From assembly GCA_964016885.1 (NCBI GenBank), contig OZ024742.1:57474001-57538000 (forward strand): a stretch of DNA of 64,000 nt, read 5' to 3'. The translations under genes and the position numbers were made by a program. Shown piece by piece: positions 13,480-25,600 of the stretch (the first letter of the stretch is position 1; the number at the start of each line of letters is the position of its first letter). The notes below the pieces were generated by a model, which did not search any database, was not told where the DNA came from, and worked only from the letters and a program-made list of their open reading frames with translations. This DNA comes from Eledone cirrhosa (lineage: Eukaryota).

Positions 13480-14520
13480 GTTAAAAATATTGAGGTCGTA
13501 AACCACGGAGATAGGCATAGATTTAAAATAAAGTAAATAATAAGCACAACTCTGGCATACCTACAGGATACCGACCAACAAAGGCTGAATCAGAACAACA
13601 GAAACGAAAATATGAATAAAAGGAACTATGTAAAATATTTAAGAATAGAAAATTCTAAAGATGGAAATTCTGAAAATGACAATAAGGTAATGGTAAAATA
13701 GTTAAAGAACTAAAATCGATAAAATAAATATATTTCTATAGGCCAAAAAAAGAGATACTCCCAAAGAAAAAGTTTAACAATAAAACATAACAACAACAAT
13801 AAAAAAAAATGCAAACGTGGCCGTTGTAGATATACTGAAAACAGAACGAACATTGAAATCACCAAAATAAGTCGAAGAATATATTCAACATCCACAGTAG
13901 TTACAAAGAAATGTCTGTATTCACTCAAAGCTACCCATACAGGAATATCAAACACAAATAAACAACGTGGAAAACAAACACACAAAAAAGGATAGAAAAG
14001 AACACAAGAAAATCCCTCAATTCTTAATGTAATCAATATTGAAAAAATACCAAAAATAGAAAAGACAAATAATGCGGGAATATAACAAAACAGAAGTATC
14101 TAAAATCAAAGAATTCCTGAAAGAAGATATTCTCGCTAGATCGCAAACAATCCATTGATAGGAAAAGCGACAATGATTCTTTGAACAAACCAAACAGATC
14201 GACTCCAACCGAAAACGATTTTAACTAAAAATAGATGCAAACGTCAACTGCAAGTGAAATTGAACAATGTTGGGAAAGAGTCAGGAAAACAAACGTATCG
14301 TCACAAACGAGGAAATTCAAGACATGTGCAGCACCTGAATAATCAGGAAACGTCATAGAAACCCATGAAATAGACCAAGAAATAGACCAAATGTACAACT
14401 GAAAGGCATGAGAGTGATACAATGCCAAAGTTCTAATTAAAATATTTAAGAAGCACACATAAAGAGTTGGCAAAAATATTTAATGATCAATTGACAGAAC
14501 CAGAAACAACACCTTATATA
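13480..14520 (+). pseudogene. Highly decayed Dong/R4-like ORF remnant
   Basis: An A-rich strand with broken peptides resembling the region upstream of RT in families A and B (ILARSQ...FFEQTKQ...EIEQCW). Confidence 0.45.
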
Positions 14521-14613
14521 TATAACCTAATAACAAATGTTTTCATGATCCAAAACGGAGAAAGCAGGCTTTGCTAACATTAATTATTTTGTACATGTTA
14601 TAAAGATCCTTTT

Positions 14614-14758
<145 letters not shown>

Positions 14759-14844
14759 CACGTGATTTAGCCCTACTCTGGGCAACGTGTATATTAGCTT
14801 TCTCTCTATCCATGAGGTTAGATGTGTCGTGAACAGAATCCACA

Positions 14845-14920
14845 TTTGCTGACTGAGGAACCTGTGGGCTGTTAAACTGCACATTTCTGTGGCGAAACGA
14901 ACTAGATTCGTATCAGCAAA
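14845..14920 (+). ncRNA. Type I hammerhead ribozyme motif
   Basis: Stem I tttgctga/tcagcaaa; core CTGAGGA at 14853; imperfect stem II; GAAA at 14894; stem III cgaa-ctaga-ttcg; GUA cleavage triplet. Confidence 0.75.
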
Positions 14921-15103
14921 CTTATAGTTATAAGGTTGGTAATTTAAAACTCTACTTCAGAGATTTGATTCTGACTTAGTTTTTTTCTATTTAATTGCTA
15001 ACCTCTAGATATTATTCTCCATACAGTAACGGTTAAACTCACTTGTAATAATTATTTACACCATCTCACTGTGTAACACACTTCTCTTTGTGTAATTTAT
15101 TTG

Positions 15104-15138
<35 letters not shown>

Positions 15139-15301
15139 ATATATTGGATTAAATGCTCTGAAATAGCGATATATATGTGAAGATAGACATAGAATATTCG
15201 AAAATATTCTGTATGTTTATAATAAACATTTTGAAGACCTAATCGCTATAGAATAGAATACGTCACGTATTACAATTAGATTCTCGATAAAAGCAAGGGA
15301 A

Positions 15302-15344
15302 GTAACCTACGCGTTTCATTCTTATTAGAAATCTTCAGGATTAC
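15302..15344 (-). ncRNA. Minimal type I hammerhead ribozyme (unit 1)
   Basis: Reverse complement: gtaatc-CTGAAGA-tttctaataagaat-GAAA-cgcg-TA-ggttac. Stem I extends by a 16-bp helix (15280-15368). Confidence 0.88.
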
Positions 15345-15611
15345 ATATCCAGTGCTTTTATCGAGAATGACACAGCTAGAGACTTATAGAATACTTAGCT
15401 GTGTACAGGAACTGGTTTGAAAGAGCGGTTGCCGGTCCGGCAGAAATTAGAAATTGGATTAAATGCTCTGAAATAGCGATATATATGTGAAGATAGACAT
15501 AGAGTATTCGAAAATATTCTGTATGTTTATAATAAACATTTTGAAGACCTAATCGCTATAGAATAGAATACGTCACGTATTACAATTAGATTCTCGATAA
15601 AAGCAAGGGAA

Positions 15612-15654
15612 GTAACCTACGCGTTTCATTCTTATTAGAAATCTTCAGGATTAC
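15612..15654 (-). ncRNA. Minimal type I hammerhead ribozyme (unit 2)
   Basis: Identical to 15302-15344. Confidence 0.88.
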
Positions 15655-15921
15655 ATATCCAGTGCTTTTATCGAGAATGACACAGCTAGAGACTTATAGA
15701 ATACTTAGCTGTGTACAGGAACTGGTTTGAAAGAGCGGTTGCCGGTCCGGCAGAAATTAGAAATTGGATTAAATGCTCTGAAATAGCGATATATATGTGA
15801 AGATAGACATAGAATATTCGAAAATATTCTGTATGTTTATAATAAACATTTTGAAGACCTAATCGCTATAGAATAGAATACGTCACGTATTACAATTAGA
15901 TTCTCGATAAAAGCAAGGGAA

Positions 15922-15964
15922 GTAACCTACGCGTTTCATTCTTATTAGAAATCTTCAGGATTAC
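15922..15964 (-). ncRNA. Minimal type I hammerhead ribozyme (unit 3)
   Basis: Identical to 15302-15344. Confidence 0.88.
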
Positions 15965-16401
15965 ATATCCAGTGCTTTTATCGAGAATGACACAGCTAGA
16001 GACTTATAGAATACTTAGCTGTGTACAGGAACTGGTTTGAAAGAGCGGTTGCCGGTCCGGCAGAAATTAGAAATTGGATTAAATGCTCTGAAATAGCGAT
16101 ATATATGTGAAGATAGACATAGAATATTCGAAAATATTCTGTATGTTTATAATAAACATTTTGAAGACCTAATCGCTATAGAATAGAATACGATTAGGTC
16201 TTCAAAATGTTTATTATAAACATACAGAATATTTTCGAATATTCTATGTCTATCTTCACATATATATCGCTATTTCAGAGCATTTAATCCAATTTCTAAT
16301 TTCTGCCGGACCGGCAACCGCTCTTTCAAACCAGTTCCTGTACACAGCTAAGTATTCTATAAGTCTCTAGCTGTGTCATTCTCGATAAAAGCACTGGATA
16401 T

Positions 16402-16444
16402 GTAATCCTGAAGATTTCTAATAAGAATGAAACGCGTAGGTTAC
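16402..16444 (+). ncRNA. Minimal type I hammerhead ribozyme (inverted arm)
   Basis: gtaatc-CTGAAGA-tttctaataagaat-GAAA-cgcg-TA-ggttac. Confidence 0.88.
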
Positions 16445-16711
16445 TTCCCTTGCTTTTATCGAGAATCTAATTGTAATACGTGACGTATTCTATTCTATAG
16501 CGATTAGGTCTTCAAAATGTTTATTATAAACATACAGAATATTTTCGAATATTCTATGTCTATCTTCACATATATATCGCTATTTCAGAGCATTTAATCC
16601 AATTTCTAATTTCTGCCGGACCGGCAACCGCTCTTTCAAACCAGTTCCTGTACACAGCTAAGTATTCTATAAGTCTCTAGCTGTGTCATTCTCGATAAAA
16701 GCACTGGATAT

Positions 16712-16754
16712 GTAATCCTGAAGATTTCTAATAAGAATGAAACGCGTAGGTTAC
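16712..16754 (+). ncRNA. Minimal type I hammerhead ribozyme (inverted arm, second copy)
   Basis: Identical to 16402-16444. Confidence 0.88.
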
Positions 16755-16876
16755 TTCCCTTGCTTTTATCGAGAATCTAATTGTAATACGTGACGTATTC
16801 TATTCTATAGCGATTAGGTCTTCAAAATGTTTATTATAAACATACAGAATATTTTCGAATATTCTATGTCTATCTT

Positions 16877-16955
<79 letters not shown>

Positions 16956-17040
16956 AAAAGGGATCTTTATAACATGTACAAAATAATGTATATATATAAT
17001 AATGTATATAATATGTGTATATATATGCATATATATATAT

Positions 17041-17098
<58 letters not shown>

Positions 17099-17106
<8 letters not shown>

Positions 17107-17720
17107 GACGTAAATAAGAAAGTTATGAAAATTGACTTACTTACTAAAAATAGGCGTACATCTGTATACATATATTGGTAGATATACTAATTCTTTATAA
17201 TTATCTCCAAGTTATTTGTTGAGCAAAACTTGCCGAAATTACTACTATGATTAATAGTAGTGGCTAGGCCCTGTCTTAATGACACCCCCACTCCTCACTG
17301 ATTAACCTCAGTGTCACGTGAGTGATTCTTTTGAATTTGCCACTTGACCAAGTAGGCAGTGAATTTTTCAGTGTTTTGGAATCTAGTCCCCGCTCGCTTT
17401 TTTCCATCCACTGAATTATTTTTATATAAGTTCCCAGTGTCCTCGCATTGCCTGGAAGCTTAGCTGAGAATAGACTTCCTGATGACGTAAGGTTTCTCTA
17501 TGGATACGCTCCGTAACCATATTTATCCCCTTACAGAAACTAATTAGTTGGAGTGAAATGTTAGTAAGTAAGTCAATTTTCATAACTTTCTTATTTACGT
17601 CTTTCATATAATTGTTCTGCATACCCTTGCATAGAACTACAAAGTTACTAAGACAAAACATATTTGCTAACATAGGCGTACATCTGTATACATATGTTGG
17701 TAGATATACTAATTCTTTAT
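17099..17720. mobile_element. Short non-coding hammerhead-bearing element with internal inverted and direct repeats, between (TA)n tracts
   Basis: 17099-17148 is the inverse of 17561-17610. 17150-17199 is directly repeated at 17672-17720. Confidence 0.75.
17474..17554 (+). ncRNA. Type I hammerhead ribozyme motif
   Basis: acttc-CTGATGA-c gtaagg...ccttac a-GAAA-ctaattag-TT-ggagt. Stem III is palindromic; triplet GUU. Confidence 0.82.
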
Positions 17721-17770
17721 ATATATATATATATATATAGAAGTGGTTACACAACAGTTAGTTCACCATA

Positions 17771-17810
17771 CCGAGAACAATTGTTTCACCTTCGCGGATC
17801 TTCAGCTCGG
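17771..17810 (-). ncRNA. Minimal type I hammerhead in the PLE 3' pLTR
   Basis: Reverse complement: ccgag-CTGAAGA-tccgcgaaggt-GAAA-caattg-TT-ctcgg. Confidence 0.87.
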
Positions 17811-19329
17811 GATGTGTATGGTTATAGGAACAGGAAGGAAAACCGTACAAACGCGCATGCGCGGAAACTCGGTCACTTCACACAGGCAATACTAGACTGC
17901 GTGCGGGAGGTGTAAGGGAGATAACTGCGAAAGTCCGGAAAGTTTTTAGGTTGAAAATAAAATTTAAAAAAAATTAAAAGTAAAATTACAAAGAATCAGT
18001 CCGGAGTCTTGTAGTTATGCAATAGATGTTTGGTGACGTGTGGACAACGTGTGAAAAATTCACTTCTCTGTTTAGGCAATCACTATTGCGTAATCTATTT
18101 AGGATAGTTATCCGTTCGTCAATACATAAGCCACACGTCGGATTTCCCCATGCGTATGGCTTGGACTTAGTGATGGCTTTCCATTGAATGGAGTAGCCTA
18201 TACTTGAGTCCTTGAGGGACCATACATGGCTCGCGAGTTTCGTGGATGAACATCTATCCGGGTATCTGAAGGTAGACTGGTGGTTCAGTAAACGCTCCTT
18301 GAATCGGCCCTCCGCCATCCCCTCATAGGATTTGACCTCCTGTGGTTGGTTTGGTCGGTTGGAAGTGACCACAGCTTCATATATTACAGCTGGTGTGTTG
18401 CATTGCTGTTGAAGGGGGCAAGCTTCAGGCTTACGGCAAGAGCACCCTGGTGGGGTGTTACTCCTAGGGCTGCTGGTGATGTGGGCCTTCATGTTCTTAG
18501 CGCAGGAGTATCCTAGTTTAACTTTGTGTCGGTTAAAGATGAAGCGGTATTTATGACCTATGGGGAAGTGTCTATCTAAGAGGGCTAGAAATTTTTTTCC
18601 TACATTGGTTTTAACGTTGAGTGAGAAGGGGGGAGAGAATCAGATAGTTTGTCTATTGATGCGCTTACTTTCCTTAATGGTGTTGTTGCGAGTGAGAGAG
18701 TAAGTGATAGGTTGTGAGAAGCCGCTGTTTGCCAACGCCGTGTTGTAGTAGGGTGCCGCCCTGTCAAAGATAGCCTTATTAGAGGAGAGGTTTGAGATTC
18801 TAGTACTGATATTCTTAACGAAGTTTCTAAAAACAGTGGGAGGGTGGCATGAGTCCTTGTGAATGTAATTAAGTTTCTCGTTTAGCTTATGGAAGGGTCT
18901 GTGGGTGGGTGTGCGAAGGTCTAAATTAATGTCTAAGAAATCTACGCTAGAGAGGCTGGTGGCTACTGTTATCCTAAGGCCTAACTCATTGAAGATAGAA
19001 GCTAAGTCTTTTTTAAACCGGTCAAGGTCGTGACCACTTTTATGGCTCGATAAAGTCAGTCCATCGTCACGGTATATTCCCGTGTGGAAGTCCGGGAATC
19101 TAACACGTAATATGTCTCAGATAAAAAGGCCAACCAAGTCACATTCTTTGTAATTTTATTTTTAATTTATTTTTTTATTTTATTTTCAACCTAAAAACTT
19201 TCCGGACTTTCGCAGTTATCTCCCTTACACCTCTCGCACGCAGTCTAGTATTGCCTGTGTGAAATGACCGAGTTTCCGCGCATGCGCGTTCGTACGGTTG
19301 TCCTTCCTGTTCCTATAACCATAGACATC

Positions 19330-19369
19330 CCGAGCTGAAGATCCGCGAAGGTGAAACAATTGTTCTCGG
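19330..19369 (+). ncRNA. Minimal type I hammerhead in the inverted pLTR
   Basis: ccgag-CTGAAGA-tccgcgaaggt-GAAA-caattg-TT-ctcgg. Confidence 0.87.
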
Positions 19370-19457
19370 TATGGTGAACTAACTGTTGTGTAACCACTTC
19401 TACCTAACTCGTCCCTTGGACTGAGTGCTCTACGGATATTACCTTCCAGTGTTCCAC

Positions 19458-19538
<81 letters not shown>

Positions 19539-19589
19539 CACATATATATATATATATGTATGTATATATATATACATACACATATATAT

Positions 19590-19659
<70 letters not shown>

Positions 19660-19699
19660 GATATTAAACAAATGGAAACTATATTTATAAAACCATATT

Positions 19700-19764
19700 T
19701 ATTTCATTATACATATTTCAGGGATACCATATTAAAAATATGGCATGCCTTCGTCAGTTAAATA
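19700..19764 (-). ncRNA. Type I hammerhead motif (left arm)
   Basis: Inverse of 19899-19964 with a slightly damaged stem I. Confidence 0.7.
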
Positions 19765-19898
19765 CAATATATAACCAGTTTTATAAATAATTTTGACGTA
19801 CCATAAATATAGCGACCATTAAGGTAGGAGGCTGGCTACCTTAATGGTCGCTATATTTATGGTACGTCAAAATTATTTATAAAACTGGTTATATATTG

Positions 19899-19964
19899 TA
19901 TTTTATCTGACGAAGGCATGCCATATTTTTAATATGGTATCCCTGAAATATGTATAATGAAATA
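19899..19964 (+). ncRNA. Type I hammerhead motif (right arm)
   Basis: tattttat-CTGACGA-agg c atgccatatt ttt aatatggtat c cct-GAAA-tatgta-TA-atgaaata; triplet AUA. Confidence 0.82.
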
Positions 19965-20103
19965 AATATGGTTTTATAAATATAGTTTCCATTTGTTTAA
20001 TATCGTATATCTACTCCAAAAACTTGTCGAGTGCTTTATATCAGTTATAAAATATTTACTTGTTGTAACCCAACAATTTTAAATAAAACTTTTGCATATA
20101 TAT

Positions 20104-20231
<128 letters not shown>

Positions 20232-20267
20232 ACATATATATGTATATATATATATGTATATATATAT

Positions 20268-20700
20268 ATATAAGTATGTACACGTACATACATATATGTA
20301 TACAGACGTACAGTAATATGTATATATATATATACATACATGCACACATATATATATGTATGTATGGATTCACCGAACATTTATTATAATGCTCGATGTG
20401 TTTGTAAACAAACATCCTGTATTAAGCCGTAGTATCCAGCAACCATCGTTGCACGTTTGTTCAACACTGAAAAAGGAACGCTGTACTAGTTTCAAGATTA
20501 TTAGCTATCGTCAGCAACCTATACCTTCCTGCCAGATTGTTGAACGTATATACTTACCTTATGCATATTAACTGCTGAGTAGCCCAATTTGCATATCGAG
20601 TGGGTTAATCGGCCGGGTGCACCGAGAACGATAAACGGAAAAAATGAAATGAAATTTCATTTCCCACTCTTAGTACGGCTGTTACTTAAATATAAGTATG
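20268..20700 (-). mobile_element. About 420-bp non-coding hammerhead-bearing unit, related to 56085-56530
   Basis: Begins and ends with ataagtatgt. Shares tacagacgtacagta, gaacatttattataatg and tttcattt(c)cactcttagtacggc blocks with 56085-56530. Confidence 0.7.
20480..20518 (-). ncRNA. Minimal type I hammerhead motif
   Basis: Reverse complement: gttg-CTGACGA-tagctaataatctt-GAAA-ctag-TA-cagc. Distal stem I gttcaaca/tgttgaac (20459-20545). Confidence 0.75.
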
Positions 20701-22312
20701 TTGTTTGTCCTTGCCCTGATGCTCCTGACCAGTGTACTGCGAAAAGTGAGAGCAGGATACAGGTTGGGAAAGGGAGGGCTTACCATCAATCACCTCCTCT
20801 TCATGGACGATCTTAAGCTCTTCGGGAAGAGTGAGAAGGAGTTGGATGTGCTTGTTGACACTGTCCGTATTTTCAGCAATGATATATGTATGCAATTTGG
20901 TATTAGTAAGTGTGGAGTCATTGTGATGAGGAGGGGTAAGCTGAGCAGAAGTAACGGAATCCAGATACCAACAGGTGAGATGATAAAGGAAATTGACTCT
21001 GAGGAAGGATACAAGTATTTGGGCGTTCTGGAGGCTGATGACATCAAGAACAAAAAAATGAAGGAATTGATAAGATCTTAATACATTCGGAGAGTAAGGA
21101 GCGTATTAAAGTCACATCTGAACAGCAGAAATGCCATAAGTGCAGTAAATTCCCGAGCTGTGTCTATTATTAGGTACAGTGCGGGAATTCTGAGATGGAA
21201 TGTTGCTGAACAAAAAGAAATGGATAGGAAGACTAGGAAGCTATTGACTATCTACAATATGTTCCACAAGAGGAGTGATGTCGATAGACTCTACTTAAGG
21301 AGATCTGAAGGTGGAAGAGGTCTTATCAGCATAGAGGACTGTGTTCAGATGGAGAAGAACAACCTACACAAATACATGACTGATAGTAAGGAGCCAATGC
21401 TCAGAACTGTAGTGAAGGAGGGGACAATAGGCCAGGGGATGTCCAAGGAGGAAATAACATCAAGGAGAAAGAGCAGCCTTCAGGAAAAATCCCTTCATAG
21501 TACCTTCTTTGAGAAAACTGAATTTAGAGATCCACAGACATGGAACTGGTTGAAAAGAGGAGACCTTAAAAAGGCTACAGAAGGAATGTTAATGGCTGCG
21601 CAGGAGCAGGCCCTCAAAACGAAGTGGTTGAAACACCACATTTACAAGGAGCGGCTAGCCCACTGTGCAGGATCTGTGGAGAGAGAGAGGAGACTGTGGC
21701 TCACATTGTATCCGAGTGTAAACACCTAGCCCAGACTCACTATAAGGGCTGGAGACATGATGTGATGGGCAGGGTGATCCACTGGCACCTATGCAAAGTA
21801 AACAATTTACCACATTCTGAGAAGTGGTATGAGCATAAGCCAGAGGCGGTGATAGAAAACGATCAGGTGAAGGTGCTGTGGGATTTTAGGATACAGACGG
21901 ACAAGAAACTGGAACACAATAGACCTGATCTGGTGGTTTTGGACAAAGAAAAAAGATCGTGCCTGATTGTGGATGTGGCCTGCCCATTCGAGACGAGAGT
22001 GCAAGAGAAGGAGAGGGAGAAAATTAACCGATACCAGGACTTAAAGTGGGAGGTAAAAAGGATTTGGAACTGCCATGAAGTCAAAGTGATCCCGATTGTC
22101 ATAGGCGCACTGGGGACTATCTCAAAAAGTTTCCAGGGATGGTTAAAGAAAATTGGCCCCTTCACGCTTTTTGGAACGCTTCAAAAGGCATGCTTGCTGG
22201 GAACAGCAAGAACCCTCCGATACGTCCTGAATATCTGAGGCTGCAGGTAGTGGCTTGATATTCATCTCAACAAACTTTCCAGTTAACTAACATCAATGAC
22301 TGAGACTCAAAG
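20701..22312 (+). mobile_element. Dong/R4-like family A copy 2, 5'-truncated
   Basis: Highly similar to 3592-5205 (LFMDD, CCHC, endonuclease). Followed by (AAT)n at 22315-22405. Confidence 0.93.
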
Positions 22313-22314
22313 AG

Positions 22315-22321
22315 TAATAAC

Positions 22322-22405
<84 letters not shown>
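22315..22405. repeat. (AAT)n shared by tail-to-tail Dong-like (+) and Tx1-like (-) elements
   Basis: Direct reading. Confidence 0.97.
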
Positions 22406-22406
<1 letters not shown>

Positions 22407-22648
22407 TTTTCTTTATTAACCACAAGGGTTCACATAAAGTAGACATTAAGGACAGTACAGGACAATACAGGACGGTACAAATGGGCATTTCTGCGTGTAA
22501 AAAAACAGAGGTTGAAATAAAATAACAAAGAAAAATTCCCCAATAGGGGGGAGACTTCCAAGGGACATTTGTGGAGAAAGCCCATTAAAAGACCACAGTG
22601 GCCCTGACCACCAGGGCAAGTGCCCTCTCCCAGTTTTCCACCTTTAAT

Positions 22649-25600
22649 TTACAGACACATACTCAGAGAAGGCCCATTCATTCGGGCCATACTTGCTTCT
22701 CTCACCCATCTTTCAACAAAATGCTGGGAAGAGAGCACTTCCCTCTCTACCCTGATTTTCCTTTTCAAATGAAATTTGAAAAAGTTAATCAGGGCATCAC
22801 CGAAGAGGTAAGTGCTCGTCTTCAGCCCTTTCAAACGTGTCCACCATACTATCTCTTTCGCCATGGCCACCAGACAGATAAAAACTGCCTGCCCTTCCAG
22901 GCTAAAGGAAGGGGGTGGGGCAATCCTCACGATGGACTCAGCTGATAGCTGGATCCGTCCTACACGTGACAGCAGGTGTTCGACATAAACCCACAAGTCA
23001 GCAATGCTCGGACACTGGACGAGTGCGTGCAGGACGGTTTCGTCGCCCTGCGCGCATCTCGGACATGCCCGGCTGACGGCACCTCCATGCCTGTAGAGTT
23101 TATCCCGAACTGGCAAAGCTCCTCGGTAGCACTGCCAGGCCAGGGATTTCTGGAAGTTGTCCATAGGCCCCGGCCCGAAAGTCCTTCCGAAGAGATTGGC
23201 TAGTTGATTTTCGTCGACGCCTAGAGTTTCTCCAAGTACGTCGTCGCTCTTCCCCTCCACTAATCCCCTATAGAACGCCAAGGTGGAGTTTCCACCGATC
23301 ACATTGCCCGATTGGTCGAGGGCTGTGAGCGCCTGAAGACATTCCAGTCTCCAAGCGCTCCCTCTCGGTCTTCGCTTGACCCAGGACTGCAGCTCCGTCA
23401 AGGAGACGAGCTGGGGAAAAACGTGTCTTGCAAACGGCGACCACACCTGATCACCGTCGAGGAAGAGGTGGAGATGTCGTAGCCTGAGCGCGTGTCTGCG
23501 CATCATCAGCCACGGCATGCCCAGCCTTCCACGTAGCGGGTGTTGACAGCAGATGGACCGCCTGACCATCGGAGCGCGTCCCTTCCACAAGAAGCGAAAG
23601 AGCAAACGCTCCAGCGCAGTCAGGCGGGGCTTAGGACAAGGTACGACGGTCAGGCGGTAGTAGATGACGGATGCGATGTACGCATTCGCCACCTCCGCTC
23701 GACCTTTCAGGGATAGCTTCCTCTCCGCCCATTTCTGGGTGAGAGAAGCCACCCTGCTCATCACCTCGTCCCAGTTTTTGTCCGTCTGGAGGTCTGGACC
23801 GAACCAGACCCCTAGCAATTTAACCGGTCCGTCCGTCCAGCGCCCGACGACGCTGTTGGACGGCATGGACCTGCCTCTCCAGGTGCCGAGCTGCAGGCCC
23901 ACTGACTTTTCCTGGTTGATCATTGCTCCTGTCACCGCTTCGTATTCTCTTAGTGTAGTGCCGATCGCCTCGATGTTTTTGGCATTCGACACCACTACGG
24001 TGACATCGTCGGCATATGCTGACACGGATCTTCCGCATCCTAGTTCGCGCGGGACCCCCCTCAACGTCTCCAGTTTGTGCAGTAATGGCTCGAGAGTCAA
24101 TACGTGCAATATGGACGCGAGGGGACATCCTTGGCGGACCGAGCGCATGATGTTGAACGGGTCCGAAAGGTGACCGTTCACTCTCACTACAGAGCAGATG
24201 TCGCTGTGCATGGCAGCGATCCAGCCTCTGAAGACGGGCCCAAAGCCAGCCGCCCTCAGGACTGCCGTTAGGTAACGATGGTCGACCCTATCGAAGGCTT
24301 TCGACTGATCTAAATTGATCAAAGACCCACCCGTGCCAGGTTCCCTAGCTACCCTCTCTACGATGTATCGCATGAGGTGGAGGTTGTCGTGGATGGATCT
24401 GTCGGGAATGGCGCATGTCTGTGCCTCTCCCACCAGACCACCAACGACAAGCGCCAACCTCTTTGCTAGCACCTTGGCCAAAATCTTGAACTCTGTGTTT
24501 AGCAGAGTTATGGGCCTAAAATTATCTATGTTATCCCCCTTGTTCGGATCCTTTCTCAGCAGCGCCACCGCTCCTCGGCTCACAGAGCTGGGAATTCTCC
24601 CGTTCTGTTGCCAGTTGCAGTAGACGTCCGCCAAGAGGCCTCCGAACAAGTTTGGCATTTGTACGTAAAGTTCATAGGGCAAACCATCCAAACCAGGCGA
24701 TTTACCCCTTGTGCAACTAGTCATTGCATCCCGTACTTCAGCGGTTGTTATCGGCTTTTCGCAACACTCCGCCTCAGTAGCCGAAAGCCGCGGCAGTCCG
24801 TCGAGGTAGACACTAAAGTCCATCCCTTGATCCGGCCCGCCACTGCCCCCGAACAGTTGAGCGAAGTGTCGCTGAAAAGCTTCACACATTTGCCCGGGAT
24901 CGAGTAGCATGCGCCCGTCGTGGTCCACCAAAGACCGGATCGTGGCTTTGTTGCCACGACGCGCCTCCGCCACTCGGGCCCATTGAACGGCTTTCGTCCC
25001 CTCGTGTCTGAGAGCACGCACCCTAGCTCTGACAACGCAGCCTTCGTGCTTTGCATTGAAGAATTGGTCAAGGGCCAATTTCGCCGCAAGTACGTCGGTC
25101 GCGATGCCTTTGCTAAGCGCCTCATCTAATTTTCTAACTAATTCTCCCTCTGCTCTATTTTTCTCTATTGCTAAAGTCTTACTAAACCTAATGGACTCTA
25201 TTCTAATTGCTCTTTTCAGAGCAAACCACCACTTGTTGTTGACGATGGCCCCCGTCAACGCCCGCTTAACTAGTTCGCTAATCCGGTCTCTGTAGGCCTT
25301 GCGCGCTGGTAAGGACGCGTTTAGCTTCCAGTAGCCGGGTCCTCGTCTATGAAGCCTATCTAAGTCAAGCACACAGATCACGAATTTGTGGTCCGTGTAG
25401 CTGACTATCTTGAATTGTGGACAGCCTATGCTAGACCTATCTATTTCCCTACAAAATACTCTATCTAGATATGATCTGGATGACCCTATGCGATTTGTCC
25501 AAGTCCACATTGGTACATTCGGGAAATCCATTCGGTACCTGTCAGACAGTTCAAAACGTCTGAGCAGGTTGGTGAGACTCTTGCACCCTCCTTCCCTATC

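Larger units (their letters stand above)
15144..16886. repeat. 310-bp tandem repeat (about 3.4 units) followed by about 2.2 inverted units; hammerhead-bearing retrozyme/pLTR-like array
   Basis: Units start at 15144, 15454, 15764 and 16074. Inverted units start at 16191, 16501 and 16811. (TA)n flanks both ends. Confidence 0.95.
17739..19460 (-). mobile_element. 5'-truncated Penelope-like element (RT C-terminal half plus GIY-YIG) with inverted pLTR copy
   Basis: Minus-strand DLVGLF...GIYRDDGL near 19070-19140 and CSC...CPL...VIYEAVV...SYEGMAEGRFKERLLNH in ORF 17986-18492. 17739-17996 is inverted at 19144-19402. Confidence 0.9.
19655..20010. mobile_element. Near-perfect fold-back element (about 172-bp arms, 8-nt loop 19828-19835) with one hammerhead per arm
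   Basis: ...ccattaaggtag-gaggctgg-ctaccttaatgg...; the arms are reverse complements with about 2 differences. Confidence 0.9.

Noticed and set aside
15144-16192. Regular repeat array considered as CRISPR
   Set aside because: The units are whole 310-bp duplicates with no unique spacers, in a eukaryotic context with no cas genes.
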